A stretch of DNA of 46,435 nucleotides, from the NCBI GenBank assembly GCA_009602735.1, contig WELA01001340.1, positions 277,556 to 323,990 of the forward strand, in the 5' to 3' direction. Source of the stretch: Mesotaenium endlicherianum (lineage: Eukaryota). Below are positions 36,620-46,435 of this stretch, one piece after another. A model generated the notes under the pieces. That model made no database searches, was not told where the DNA came from, and was given only the letters and a program-made list of their open reading frames with translations. Within the stretch, counting starts at the first letter, position 1. Every line of letters begins with the position of its first letter. Made by a program: the position numbers and the translations under genes.

Positions 36620-37980
36620 TCGGTGATTGCATGTATTTTCCATTTTGAAGATATCAAAAATTAAGAACAGGGACAATGTAATATGAACTTTGTTAAATCT
36701 GTGACGTCCTTCAATATTAAAGAGGATGAAATGTCTTATGCATATGGCTAAATTCAAGGTGCTCTCCTCGCACTTAAGACAAGTATTCCTTGATTGTGGC
36801 AAGAAACACCTGTCAACTTGTACAAAATACCATCTTTGACAACCGTTATCTGGACCAATAGATCTCTATGACCTATCATTTCACACATATCTCTTTTAAA
36901 AATGCACTGAGGTATGCCCTAAATTTGCACAATGTTCTCAGAAACATCTCCTCACACTAGGTCGGGTTGGTGGTCGTGTTGATACAATCCAAGCACATCA
37001 TCTTAGCTACATTCATATATATTCCTCTCTTTCACACTCCATACTTCTTTGGAAAATAACACATTCTTCAACAATTTTTTTGGCTCAATAATGGTCTATA
37101 TTCCACAAAATGTTCATAAGCACGCTCTTAATTCTTCGCCCAAACAAGTGGATAATGTTCACTTCCACAATTGTACTTGGAGCATCAGAAACACCAACCT
37201 CATTAGTGTTACTAGGACCATCTCCCACTAAAGTTAGATTAGGGTTACTCATTTCTATCCAAATACTATCATAAATCTTATCATCAGATACGGTGTCTGT
37301 TGTGCCCAATTTGTCCAAGAGCTTAATCTCATTCGACTCTCGATCATTAGCAACCTCTTCTAGCCCAAGAGGATAGTGATTTTTTGTATGACTCGATGGA
37401 GAGTCATTCCATGCTCGATTTAACGGAGAGCAAGGGCAAAGAGCAATGCTTTCAGTATGAGATAGACCAGCCTCATTGCTCCTATTTCTAGCATTTAGTT
37501 TATTAGTAGCTTTCCTACGACTCTTTTTGAATGCATTTTGGCGTCCTTTAAAAGTAAGGCGTTTGGAGAGTAAATTGCCCTCAAAATCATATCTCTTAGA
37601 TTTTGTATATATAAATTAATACTCTAAGATGACATAACCACATAAGATCTTCATGTAAAGTGAATACTTCATTAACTACAAGATTGGACAACATGTCCCA
37701 ATCACTTATTCACTCTTAGCTAATCTCATCAGCACTCCTTCTTGAAGAGGAAGAATCAGATCCATTTTCAAATGCAATTCTTAAATTAATATTTCTTGAT
37801 CAACTATTATCTAAATCATCTTATTTCAAATCTGATATTTTTAACCTCACACTGAATCAAATTTCGACTAGCCTCTGCACATAACAAGTCATAAGATCGT
37901 TAAGCAATCACTTTCATAAGACACGACACTTGATGCATTGCAAGGAAAGGGTTTTTCAATGGGTATTTTGGTGGCGGAAC

Positions 37981-38195
37981 TATGAAGATCCACACGCTTT
38001 GAAACACACCTTACACTGCCCAATACCATTATAACATTGTCGCCATTATAGGACTAGCCTAAAAACATGTGAGGAAATTCTTTGATGGCAAAGTTATGAC
38101 GGTCCACACGCTTTGAAACACACCTTACACTGCCTAATTTCATTACATTACTAACACCATTATAAGACTAACCTAAAAAGATGTGAGGAAATGCA
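37981..38195. repeat. 114-bp direct duplication
   Basis: tatga..tccacacgctttgaaacacaccttacactgcc...atgtgaggaaat starts at both 37981 and 38095. Confidence 0.9.
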
Positions 38196-41186
38196 TATCC
38201 CCAATGCACAGGATACACGATGGCGTATGGTAAGGAATATTACTATTACATGCATTTGATACTTACAAAGGCGCACGCCTACATGACATGTAGTAAGGTC
38301 GCGCCAAAATTTTGTCAAAAAATCTAGAGAAGAAATGGTTGAAGACCCACACAATGACAAATTTTAATCCACTTACCATTCCCATGGAAAATTTTGCCAA
38401 CTCGCTGATTAAAAAACTACCTTCCACACAAAAAAACATTCACTTTATGTGTAAGATCTTTTACAACTACGCTTTGTGGAAATCTTATCTTTGTTGCAAC
38501 CTGCACAATATGCTGGAGACAGGAAATTTATCAATGGGAAAAGGAAGAATTTGTTGGAAAGCAAGAGAGGATTGAAAGGTTCATTGTATGGAGATGGAAT
38601 AGCTGTGGTGATTATTGAGTGTGCCAATGCAATGGCACTAAGAGCCAGAAGCTGAGAGCAGGAAGCAAAGAAGGTAAAACAGGTGAAACACGTGCCATGG
38701 AACAAGTGCCAGGGTTGTGTATTGCATATGCAATGCTATTGCATGATGATATTCTTCCTGAAATGCGCAGAACATAAAATTTGTGCATTCTATCACACAT
38801 ATACACAAAATGTGTAAGTGTGTCCATAAAATGTATCTTGTAATTGATTGAGAATATAGCATGGTAATACGACTGTGCCACCTTGATGATCAAGCAACAT
38901 GGGAAGATAAGCAAGCATTGAAGGTGCAGCAGGTAGCAAAGGACAAGTGGCAAGCATACTCACCTCTCCAGGTTGATTCAATCTTTGAGCAATTATTTTA
39001 CTCTCGATCCAGTTCGCATCCTCCACCGACTGGACGCAGAAGATCGACCAAATTGGTGAGGAACAATCAATACGTTGAGCAACAGGAAGCCTTACGGCAG
39101 GTAAACACCTATGCAATTTTGTCCCACCACATTGTTTGGCGTAACCTACAACATTTGGAGGTGACAGTGGCATCCAATATTTCCAAGTTGTACTACTGCG
39201 GGCCCTATGAGGTAGCTCCGAGTTAATCTTAAGCAGGGTTGATGATGCAATTTAATATTGTCCATCGTGGACATAAACTTTTTCCCAGGCCAGAGAAAGG
39301 GGAGGGGGAGGCACTTGTCACATAATGCATCATCATCAGAAGCAACACTGCCTTCTCCTGTCTTCTCCTCTCTCACGTGCAAGAAGGTTGTGGCTCCTAT
39401 ATGCTGTACTTTTTTTGAACTTTCACTTTTGTGATTTGATGAATTGCCAAAAATATGTCAAAGACAAGATGGACTAGAGGGGACACTATGGCATAAAGAG
39501 ATGAATGGATCGAATTAACTGAAGCTACTTACCCAAAGCACCATAATAAGGTCTTTGAGAACAGGCTACATAGCCTTCTTTTTTTGAACAAGTCATGAAC
39601 CTGTCACCACCCCCAAGAAGAAAGGACGAAACCCACTAAGAAGAAAGGGCAAAAAAGTGGGACACATTCAGAGAGCAATTTGTATCTCTACTTCCACCCA
39701 CTATGCGAGAGGTACGTGGAAGCATGTCACTAGAATCAAAGGCCAAAGCCAGAAATATTGTCTCGGCCTGCAAAGGCAGGTTGATATTGTCATCACCACA
39801 AGAGTAAAAGAAAGTGAATGACAAGATAGCAAACCATAAAGTTGCTGTTGCAAAGTAGGTTCTATGAACAACCTATGTTTGGGAGACTTACTCCATTTGG
39901 CTATTATCACACATGTATTAGTGTCCAATGAATGAGAAGATAAAAAGCCTTCATTAGCCTAAATAAAAGCACTTGCCACTAAATAGGCATGCTCCAGTAC
40001 AGTGCCCCCTAGTCTACCCTTCTGCATTAATGGCACGCCAACTAGAACCTAGGTAGGGTGCACCAGGAATTCCTTGCAAGCATTGGAGGAGGAGGGCTCT
40101 ATCAAGGCTCCAATTGGCATTTCACGATCTACATGTAGGCTCCAAGTATTGTGAAATTGTGTGTGTTGAGTACAAGCAGAGGCAAGAGAGCATGTGCTAG
40201 TAGCTTGATATGATCGCATAATAATATTTTTTGACGAGAATGAGGCTCTACTATTACACATTTGAGATGCAGAGCATACCTTTCCATATAGGGAAAGCAG
40301 CGCAATTGGAGTGGTGGGCTCCACCGTGTCTCCTCTTGTCTTCTGCACTACCTTGTCAAAGACTCAAGACTCTTGATTGTTATTGCATTTCATTGAGGTT
40401 TAAAAAGATGAAAGTGAAATACATACTCTAAATGGTTTGCACAATGCTTCATTGCAATGTCTCCAGCTTAAAAACTAAGGGATGACTTCTCCAATTGACA
40501 CCTAGGTCCCAAGGAACACGTACATCATAATATGTATATATATTACCTAGACAGTCTTCAAACACCTCGTTGAAATGCACTCACGAAAGCGTTGCTCATG
40601 TTCATCAGTGAAATGTCGCTCATGTCAATCAGCTCTAATTATATGTTGATCATCTTCTTCTTGGGGCTTGTCATCATAATTCTTCAACTTGCTGTACCAA
40701 GTCGCTTGTGCATGGAGGGAGAGACACATGCAACCAGTTTGTCGATGTTTGTCACCACTTGCAGGCACAATTTTATTAATTATACATCAGTGCTGCTAGA
40801 ATTCCCATTCATAATTCCATGGTGATGCTTACATGCAAAGAAGGGAGACAGATTAGGAAATTATCTTATTGTAATAGTATTAATCACATGAACAAGAATT
40901 CAGAAGAACCTTGGTCTTGCTCACCGCTAGACAGTTGCATTCTTTTCTTGAAGGCTGAATGAAGAAGATTGAACCATACCGATAAAAAGACACGCAAAAT
41001 GTAAATGAAAAGCTGATGCACACAAGAGCACGGAAGTATAATTGTAAGTTCCTCAGACATTTAACTTGCAGGTTAACTCCTTCAAACGGACAAGAATCGC
41101 AAAGATACAACCTAATACTGAGCTTGAGGGCAAGAGGGGAGGAGAGCAGAGGAGCACATATTGAAAATGTAGAAGGGCAATCAAGG

Positions 41187-41225
<39 letters not shown>

Positions 41226-43046
41226 CGTACGAGTATGCGTGTGTGAGTGTGTGCACTATCCAACCCACAAGATTCTAAGTCCAACAAATCCTTTTCAGGA
41301 AGCCACAGCGAAAAAGTGGCTAGTAGGCGATACCCCTTCCCTCCCCAAACACATTTGGCCAAGGCCCAACACCACCTTGTCCCCTAATCTAATTACCTGC
41401 TTGCTCAAGCAAAAGTGCACAATTAATGAACGCACATACACGTGCACACACATGCACACATGTGGGCGCACACAGTCAGACACAACCATCCTCGAAGCAG
41501 CAATGAAGGCAACCTCTCGCACCCTCAAATAGGAGTTCAAACATGTACCACCACGCTCCTTCAGCCAAGGCGACTGGAGAAAAGATGCCCGCCCTCAGAG
41601 AGAGTGACCCAGCCAAGCTCTCACCATGCAACGCAGGGAGCTATGTGTGAGAGACAGAGGGAGTCAAAAGAGTTTGAGCATCACTTTTAGACCACAAACA
41701 AGACGTTGCCCTTGGTGGCAATCACAGGCTGTGCCACCTGTGCAAGCTTGGGTCCCAAACAACGGCGCTTAAGCAAATGCTAATGTTGTTGCGGAAGATG
41801 ATCTTCCCCATCAACTGCACGTCCTAGACTAACAATCTACCAGAATGACATGTAACATCATGCTGCTAGTCCCCCACTGGCAGCAGCAAACTTGCGCAGC
41901 ATAGAGAGCATGCACAGCGGCAGCGCTTCTTTTCAACAATCCCTCGCCCTATCTCTCACAGTCTCAACTGCCTCATCTGGAACCAAATGCGCCACATGTG
42001 GCCTAGCAGGGCTCCTCCCTAGAGAGGTGTTGCAAGTGGGAGGGTGGTACTGATTGTGAGTTGCCGGTCTCGGTGTGCGCCCCTGTTTCTACCATAAAAC
42101 TTCCACACCCTATTGCTCAACACTTGGGCCTTCCCTTCAGCCCTCAAACATGAACACACCCACGACCTTTCCCTTCATGCAAGCTCCGGACCTATCCAAT
42201 TTGATTTTACTCTAAGATTATTTATGCACTCTAAGCTTGTGGACGAGATATCATGGAGCCTTGCATCCCTCTCACATCCAATACCAAATCAGTAGGCTGG
42301 GCTCACATACAGTTGGGCATCTGGCCCCTCCTACCGCGTGCTAGTCAACCCAACTTCATCGACTTTGCCTACCAACCCTCAGCCCTCCTCCTTTACCTCA
42401 CTCTTTCCCGCCCCCCACCTCCCCCCTCCCCTCTTCCCCATCCCCCTTCTCCCACTTTTTGCCGACGCCACCCCTTTGCCTGTTGATCGGATTTTCTCTT
42501 TTTTTTGGGTGGTGGGTGGGGGGTTGTGTGTGGAGGGGGGCCCTTGACGCTCACTCTCCCCACCCCTCCCTCCCTCCCTTTTCTATTTTTGCCAGATCTT
42601 CCCCCCATTAGAATTTTACGTGGGAAGAGAGGGGACTTTGCATCGTGCTCATTATCTGCCCGCAAGAGATGCTATGGTGCCCTTGCTATTTGCACCTAGA
42701 GAAGCATTTGGAGGCTTCAAGCATCAAGCTGTTAAAGGGCAGGCAGGGAGGGAGGAATTGAGGAAGGGGTGAATGGGGTTTCAACGTGCATATGTCTACC
42801 CCACTGCTCATTCTGTAAACGCCTGCTTTAAGCTGCCCCTACACTGTGTTTTTGCAATGATTTAGGGTTATGGAGGTTAGGATAAATAGAGAAGATGCTT
42901 CGATTAGGGTTGGGCTTGTTTGAGCTTACGGCTCACTTGGAGGTAGGCTCCTACAGGGTCAGGGCTTACACAGGGTGAGGGCTCGCCTATGGTGAGGGTT
43001 TAACTAAGGTGCATTGTAGGTCACGCTAGGTATTGTGGAGCAATGA

Positions 43047-43632
43047 TGTTGGCGTGCTTTCCGTGGAAAATCGTCAGCATTGAGCCATTAGGACTCGACC
43101 GTCCTTGAGGCCCACCTAGTGCCGAGCAAGCAGATGGGGCACACAACGGAACAAGAAGCATCCACTGAAAATGAGCATGAGAGTGAGTGAGTGAACGCCC
43201 TAGGGCAGCAGCAAAATTGGCGACAGGAATGGCAGAATGTAATTGAAGCTCTCACCTTGGCGTTGAATGCAAAGTTGTCCATTGGATCCGACGTCGTGCC
43301 GCGTAACAAATGCACCCACGTCCTTGGTAGCAGTAGCAGCCGGCAATGAGTTGGCAACAGCAGCAACGGCAGCAGCCAGTTGGGCCAGGAGCGACGGCGG
43401 GGAGGGGATCCAAGAGCATAAAAGGAGACGAAAGACAAAAGAATATCAGACATGCGGCAAGGAGTGGCTAGGAGTGGATATGGGAGGAGATGGAAACCAT
43501 GAGCGGGGGTTATACGAGGCGATGGAATGGAAAAAAATGAAAAGAAAGAGAGAAGATGCAGCCTACAGCTTCTAATATACGTAGACATAAGACCCGAGGC
43601 CTCGTAAGTTATACACAACAGGTATTGAGAGC
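43047..43632 (+). mobile_element. Possible orphan copia-type LTR (TGTTG...CAACA, 574 bp) with degenerate PBS
   Basis: TGTTG at 43047. tacacaaca ends at 43620 and is followed by GGTATTGAGAGC, resembling the tacacaaca-TGGTATCAAAG junction at 28786-28805. The 5' boundary is a guess and no internal coding sequence was seen. Confidence 0.35.
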
Positions 43633-44239
43633 TTCTGGTCAATTTACTTACTATATACACCATTATCTTCACACCCATGTATAGTGTACAATTCACTACA
43701 GCCTGACCTAAGTTATCTGAACTTCAAAAAAGCGAGAGAGGTCTCGCCTTCTTGTCACATTACAGATCGGACCTGCTCTCATGGGTCAATTGATCCATCT
43801 CTTACCATCGCTACAGCCAACATGCAGCATCATTAAAAGCTCTTTAGAAAAGAAGAATCGTGTTGGAAAAACATAGTCCGAGGCGGATTATAAAATGCAA
43901 CGCAAAGACACATGCCAAACTCGCCTGGTAATTCAACGGCAAGAGTATATGTTGTGGCTGCTTTCAAGATCGCCTGTCCAAGATGTGCGAAGGACCTCTA
44001 TCACACAAGAGGCAATGGATTGTATGTCAAGGTCGTGGCTCGCACAAAATTCACAACGACGTGTTCAGCAGGTTAAATTGAAAATATCAATTGCTTCCTA
44101 ATAACTTACATCATAAGGATCATAAATTGGCATATGGCTAACATGCACATGAGTTTGCAGGTTGATCATGAAGCTGGAGGAATTCCAGGCTTGCTGAGAA
44201 ATTTCCATCTAAATTGATTTAAACTGTGCGCAGTACGAG

Positions 44240-44728
44240 TGTAGTGAAACAGATAGATGAAGTACTTAGTGAAATATAATACTTTATCTATTCAAGACAA
44301 GGAACACAAGTGGTAGCTTCTTGAAAGAGAGATGGCTTCTTGAAAGTTAATATATTTCTGGATTTTGGCAAGTACAAGAGTGATTTTGGAGTGTTTTTCT
44401 ATGTTCTAGCTCTTGCTTATATACTTGCTACATAAGTAATTTCTAAGAAGGTGCATGTTGATGTGTTGGCACCCAACACATCCCAAAACTTGCTACCTCT
44501 TTCTAGAATAATGTACACATGTCCTTATGACCTAAAAATGGCACATTTGACTTTTGCCACGTGGAGTTCTTCTAGGTCTTTCCTCTAACTTCGAAAATGC
44601 CTTGGAAGGTTCAAAGGACATGAACCTAGAGTACCTATTCACACTTGAATCCACACAATACTACTCCAAATATATTTAAAAACATTAAAATATATGCAAA
44701 CTAATATATAATAACTCAAATCACTACA
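44240..44728 (-). repeat. 3' LTR, 489 bp
   Basis: 8-bp terminal inverted repeat TGTAGTGA (44240)...TCACTACA (44728), directly abutting the PPT. Confidence 0.85.
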
Positions 44729-44742
44729 TCACCCCCCCGCCA
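44729..44742 (-). promoter_or_regulatory. Polypurine tract of the gypsy element
   Basis: Minus strand reads TGGCGGGGGGGTGA immediately before the LTR start TGTAGTG. Confidence 0.85.
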
Positions 44743-44765
44743 GAAAAAGCGACGTCTCGGCGCGT

Positions 44766-44890
44766 CAAGTCAGGTCTTACACATGTGGAGCAGACTAGTC
44801 AACATCTTCAAGTCAGATGCCACACATGTGAAGAGGATTAGTCCAAGGCGCCAAGTCAGGTGCTACACATGTAAGGTAGACTAGGCAAGG
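44766..44890. repeat. 43-bp tandem repeat x3 in the retroelement 3' UTR
   Basis: CAAGTCAG..(C)TACACATGT..AG.AGA.TAG units start at 44766, 44809 and 44852. Confidence 0.85.
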
Positions 44891-45497
44891 TCGTGGGTGG
44901 TGTGACCTTATTGGCTAGCCTACTCCTTGATGATAAAGAAAATTGTACAAGTTGGCCCAGAATCTGCCACGAATTCAAAAATTCTTAGCGTCCACAGAAT
45001 TGCTCCAAATCTAAAAATTCAAGTGCCAAACAAACCGCGTTGAAGAACTCTACCGGGTCACCAAATTTGAGAGCATTTTTAGTTCTGGAGTGTCGTTGAG
45101 AGCTGAGAGAGTAGGCACTTCTCCAAATCTGTGCAGAAACTTTTGAGAATCATAAGTCCTTCTATGCTTCTCCAAATTCTGCAAACTAAGTCTCAAACTG
45201 GGCGCTGTAAAATGTTCTACCAGAGTCTTGAGTTTCAGAGCATTCTAAGTTCAGGAGAGGGCACAATGTCAGAAGGCATATTCTGCCCTAACAATGCCAG
45301 CAGCTTGACCCCCTTCTACTTAGAGCATCATATCTCTCTCACCAGTGCTCCAAACTGAGCAAACTTGGACTCTAAATGACCGGCTACTTATGGACTACAT
45401 CCAAGTAAATTTTCAGAATTTATTATGCAGAGACCTATCACCAGTAGCAATTTTCAATTTCTGTCCAGAAACTGTAAGAAGAGAAAAGTGTCTAATG

Positions 45498-46435
45498 TCA
45501 ATTTTTCCTCTTTCTTGTTCTTGCAGGCTGCCTCCAAGGGGTCTTCTGCTGCTTCTTGATGGTGGCAGGCTGCCTCCCTGAAGTCTTCGGGCTTTTAGTA
45601 GAGAGACTTGGGGCTGGTCCAAGATGGGGGTTGGCGGCATGGAAGCGCTTCAACTTTCTCTGAACTTTGTCAAGGTAGTGCGCCGCCATCCAACTATTCT
45701 CCGAATCTGGATATCCTTTCCACTTGATCAAGTATTGCTGCTGTCTCCTGAAATTTCTCATAGCCACTATGTCTTTCACTTCGTAATCCAAATGATCATC
45801 CATTATTGTTGGGGCTGTGGGGTTGTCACACGTCCTGGGAACTTGTTGTCGGGTTGCACATACGGCTTGAAGAGGGAAGCGTGGAATACGGGGTCGATGT
45901 GCATAGTCTGGGGAAGTTCTAGCTTGAAAGCAACGGGGTTGACTTGCTGGATAATCTTGAAGGGTCCCAAATACTTGGGAGAGAACTTGCTGCCGGCAGG
46001 CCTGTTGTTCAGGGAAATGTTCTTGGATGATAGTAACACGTTGTCACCCACTCTGTACGTAATTTCTCTTCTGGATCTGTTCGCCACTCTTGCTTGAGCA
46101 TCTTGCGCGTGTTGTAGAGCTTTCTTCGCTGCTGTAAGGGCTGCTTCTAATGTCTCCATAAAATCTGTGGCTGCAGGTACTTCATCATGGCCAGCCGTGA
46201 AGCTCAGTGGCGTGGTCGGATGGAAGCCATAGTTGAGGAAGAATGGGGACTCTTGGGTAGAGGCCTGCGTAGTGTTGTTGAAGGCAAACTCGAGGGGGGT
46301 CAAGTACATGTCCCAGTCTTGCTCGAGTGTAGACACTTAGGCCTTTAGAGAGGTCTTTGGGGTACGATTCATACGCTCGGTTTGCCCATCTGATTGTGGG
46401 TGGTAGGCAGTAGACATATCCAGCGATGTACCCAA
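45498..46435 (-). pseudogene. Gypsy pol C-terminus: integrase core end, GPF/GPY region and chromodomain, disrupted
   Basis: LGTSLDMSTAYHPQSDGQTERMNRT...A*VSTLEQDWDMYL...EFAFNN...SPFFLNYG...PKYLGPFKI...HIDPVFHASLFKPY, then a frameshift (~45805), then YEVKDIVAMR...YLIKWKGYPDSENSW. In-frame TAA at 46339-46337. Confidence 0.92.

Larger units (their letters stand above)
32100..42052 (-). mobile_element. Probable decayed CACTA/En-Spm element (~10 kb); boundaries tentative
   Basis: CACTACCACCCT at 32100 matches AGGGTGGTACTG at 42041-42052 as an inverted repeat (11/12), but no clean 3-bp TSD. Minus-strand relics follow CACTA transposase order: PFPC..C.KC (~37930-37960), ILFNIEGRHRFNKVHITL (36524..36802 ORF), KFPKNYCSNF (33960..34142 ORF, like TnpD KFPDGYASNI), WEDV...G..*RPF (~33550-33600). 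Confidence 0.5.
44240..46435 (-). mobile_element. 3' part of a chromodomain Ty3/gypsy (chromovirus) LTR retrotransposon, defective
   Basis: Integrase, chromodomain, polypurine tract and LTR lie in the expected order on the minus strand. The element continues past the right edge. Confidence 0.95.

Noticed and set aside
38960..39330. GIY-YIG nuclease or DNA methyltransferase call for the cargo relic
   Set aside because: Only isolated short resemblances in broken frames; catalytic motifs were not found.
32100..42052. Fanzor/TnpB cargo in the CACTA element
   Set aside because: No RuvC DPG, E..TS..C..C or RD.NA motifs were seen in the frames I read.
42860..43005. TTAGGG-like motifs as interstitial telomere (also 18585-18910 and 20700-20805)
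   Set aside because: Scattered single motifs consistent with telo-box-like sequence, not tandem arrays.

Overview
Eukaryotic, intron-rich plant-lineage DNA. A streptophyte alga or non-seed plant is inferred from land-plant-like genes, GC-rich exons and microsatellite-filled introns. The window has two halves. 1-25 kb holds four spliced host genes: a partial At3g52610-like condensation/CoA-acyltransferase-fold gene (-), an NBR1-type PB1 domain fused to a very long His/Pro/Gln-rich tail (+), a bacterial-type (A3DFK9-like) short-chain dehydrogenase (-), and a 9-exon YggC/YFH7/At1g03030-type P-loop kinase (+). Between them lie a hAT MITE with an 8-bp TSD nested in a hAT relic, and a ~1 kb Mutator-like element with ~110-130 bp TIRs. 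25-46 kb is an AT-richer block of decayed transposons: a Ty1/copia, a probable ~10 kb CACTA element carrying a 56-bp hairpin minisatellite array and a multi-exon cargo pseudogene, and the 3' end of a defective chromodomain Ty3/gypsy with an intact 489-bp LTR. Three assembly gaps are present. The most notable observations are the PB1 + His-rich protein, the palindromic 56-bp array inside the CACTA transposase, the inverted intron grammar (C-rich after donors, G-rich before acceptors) and the probable bacterial origin of the SDR. All family assignments come from recalled motifs, not database searches.
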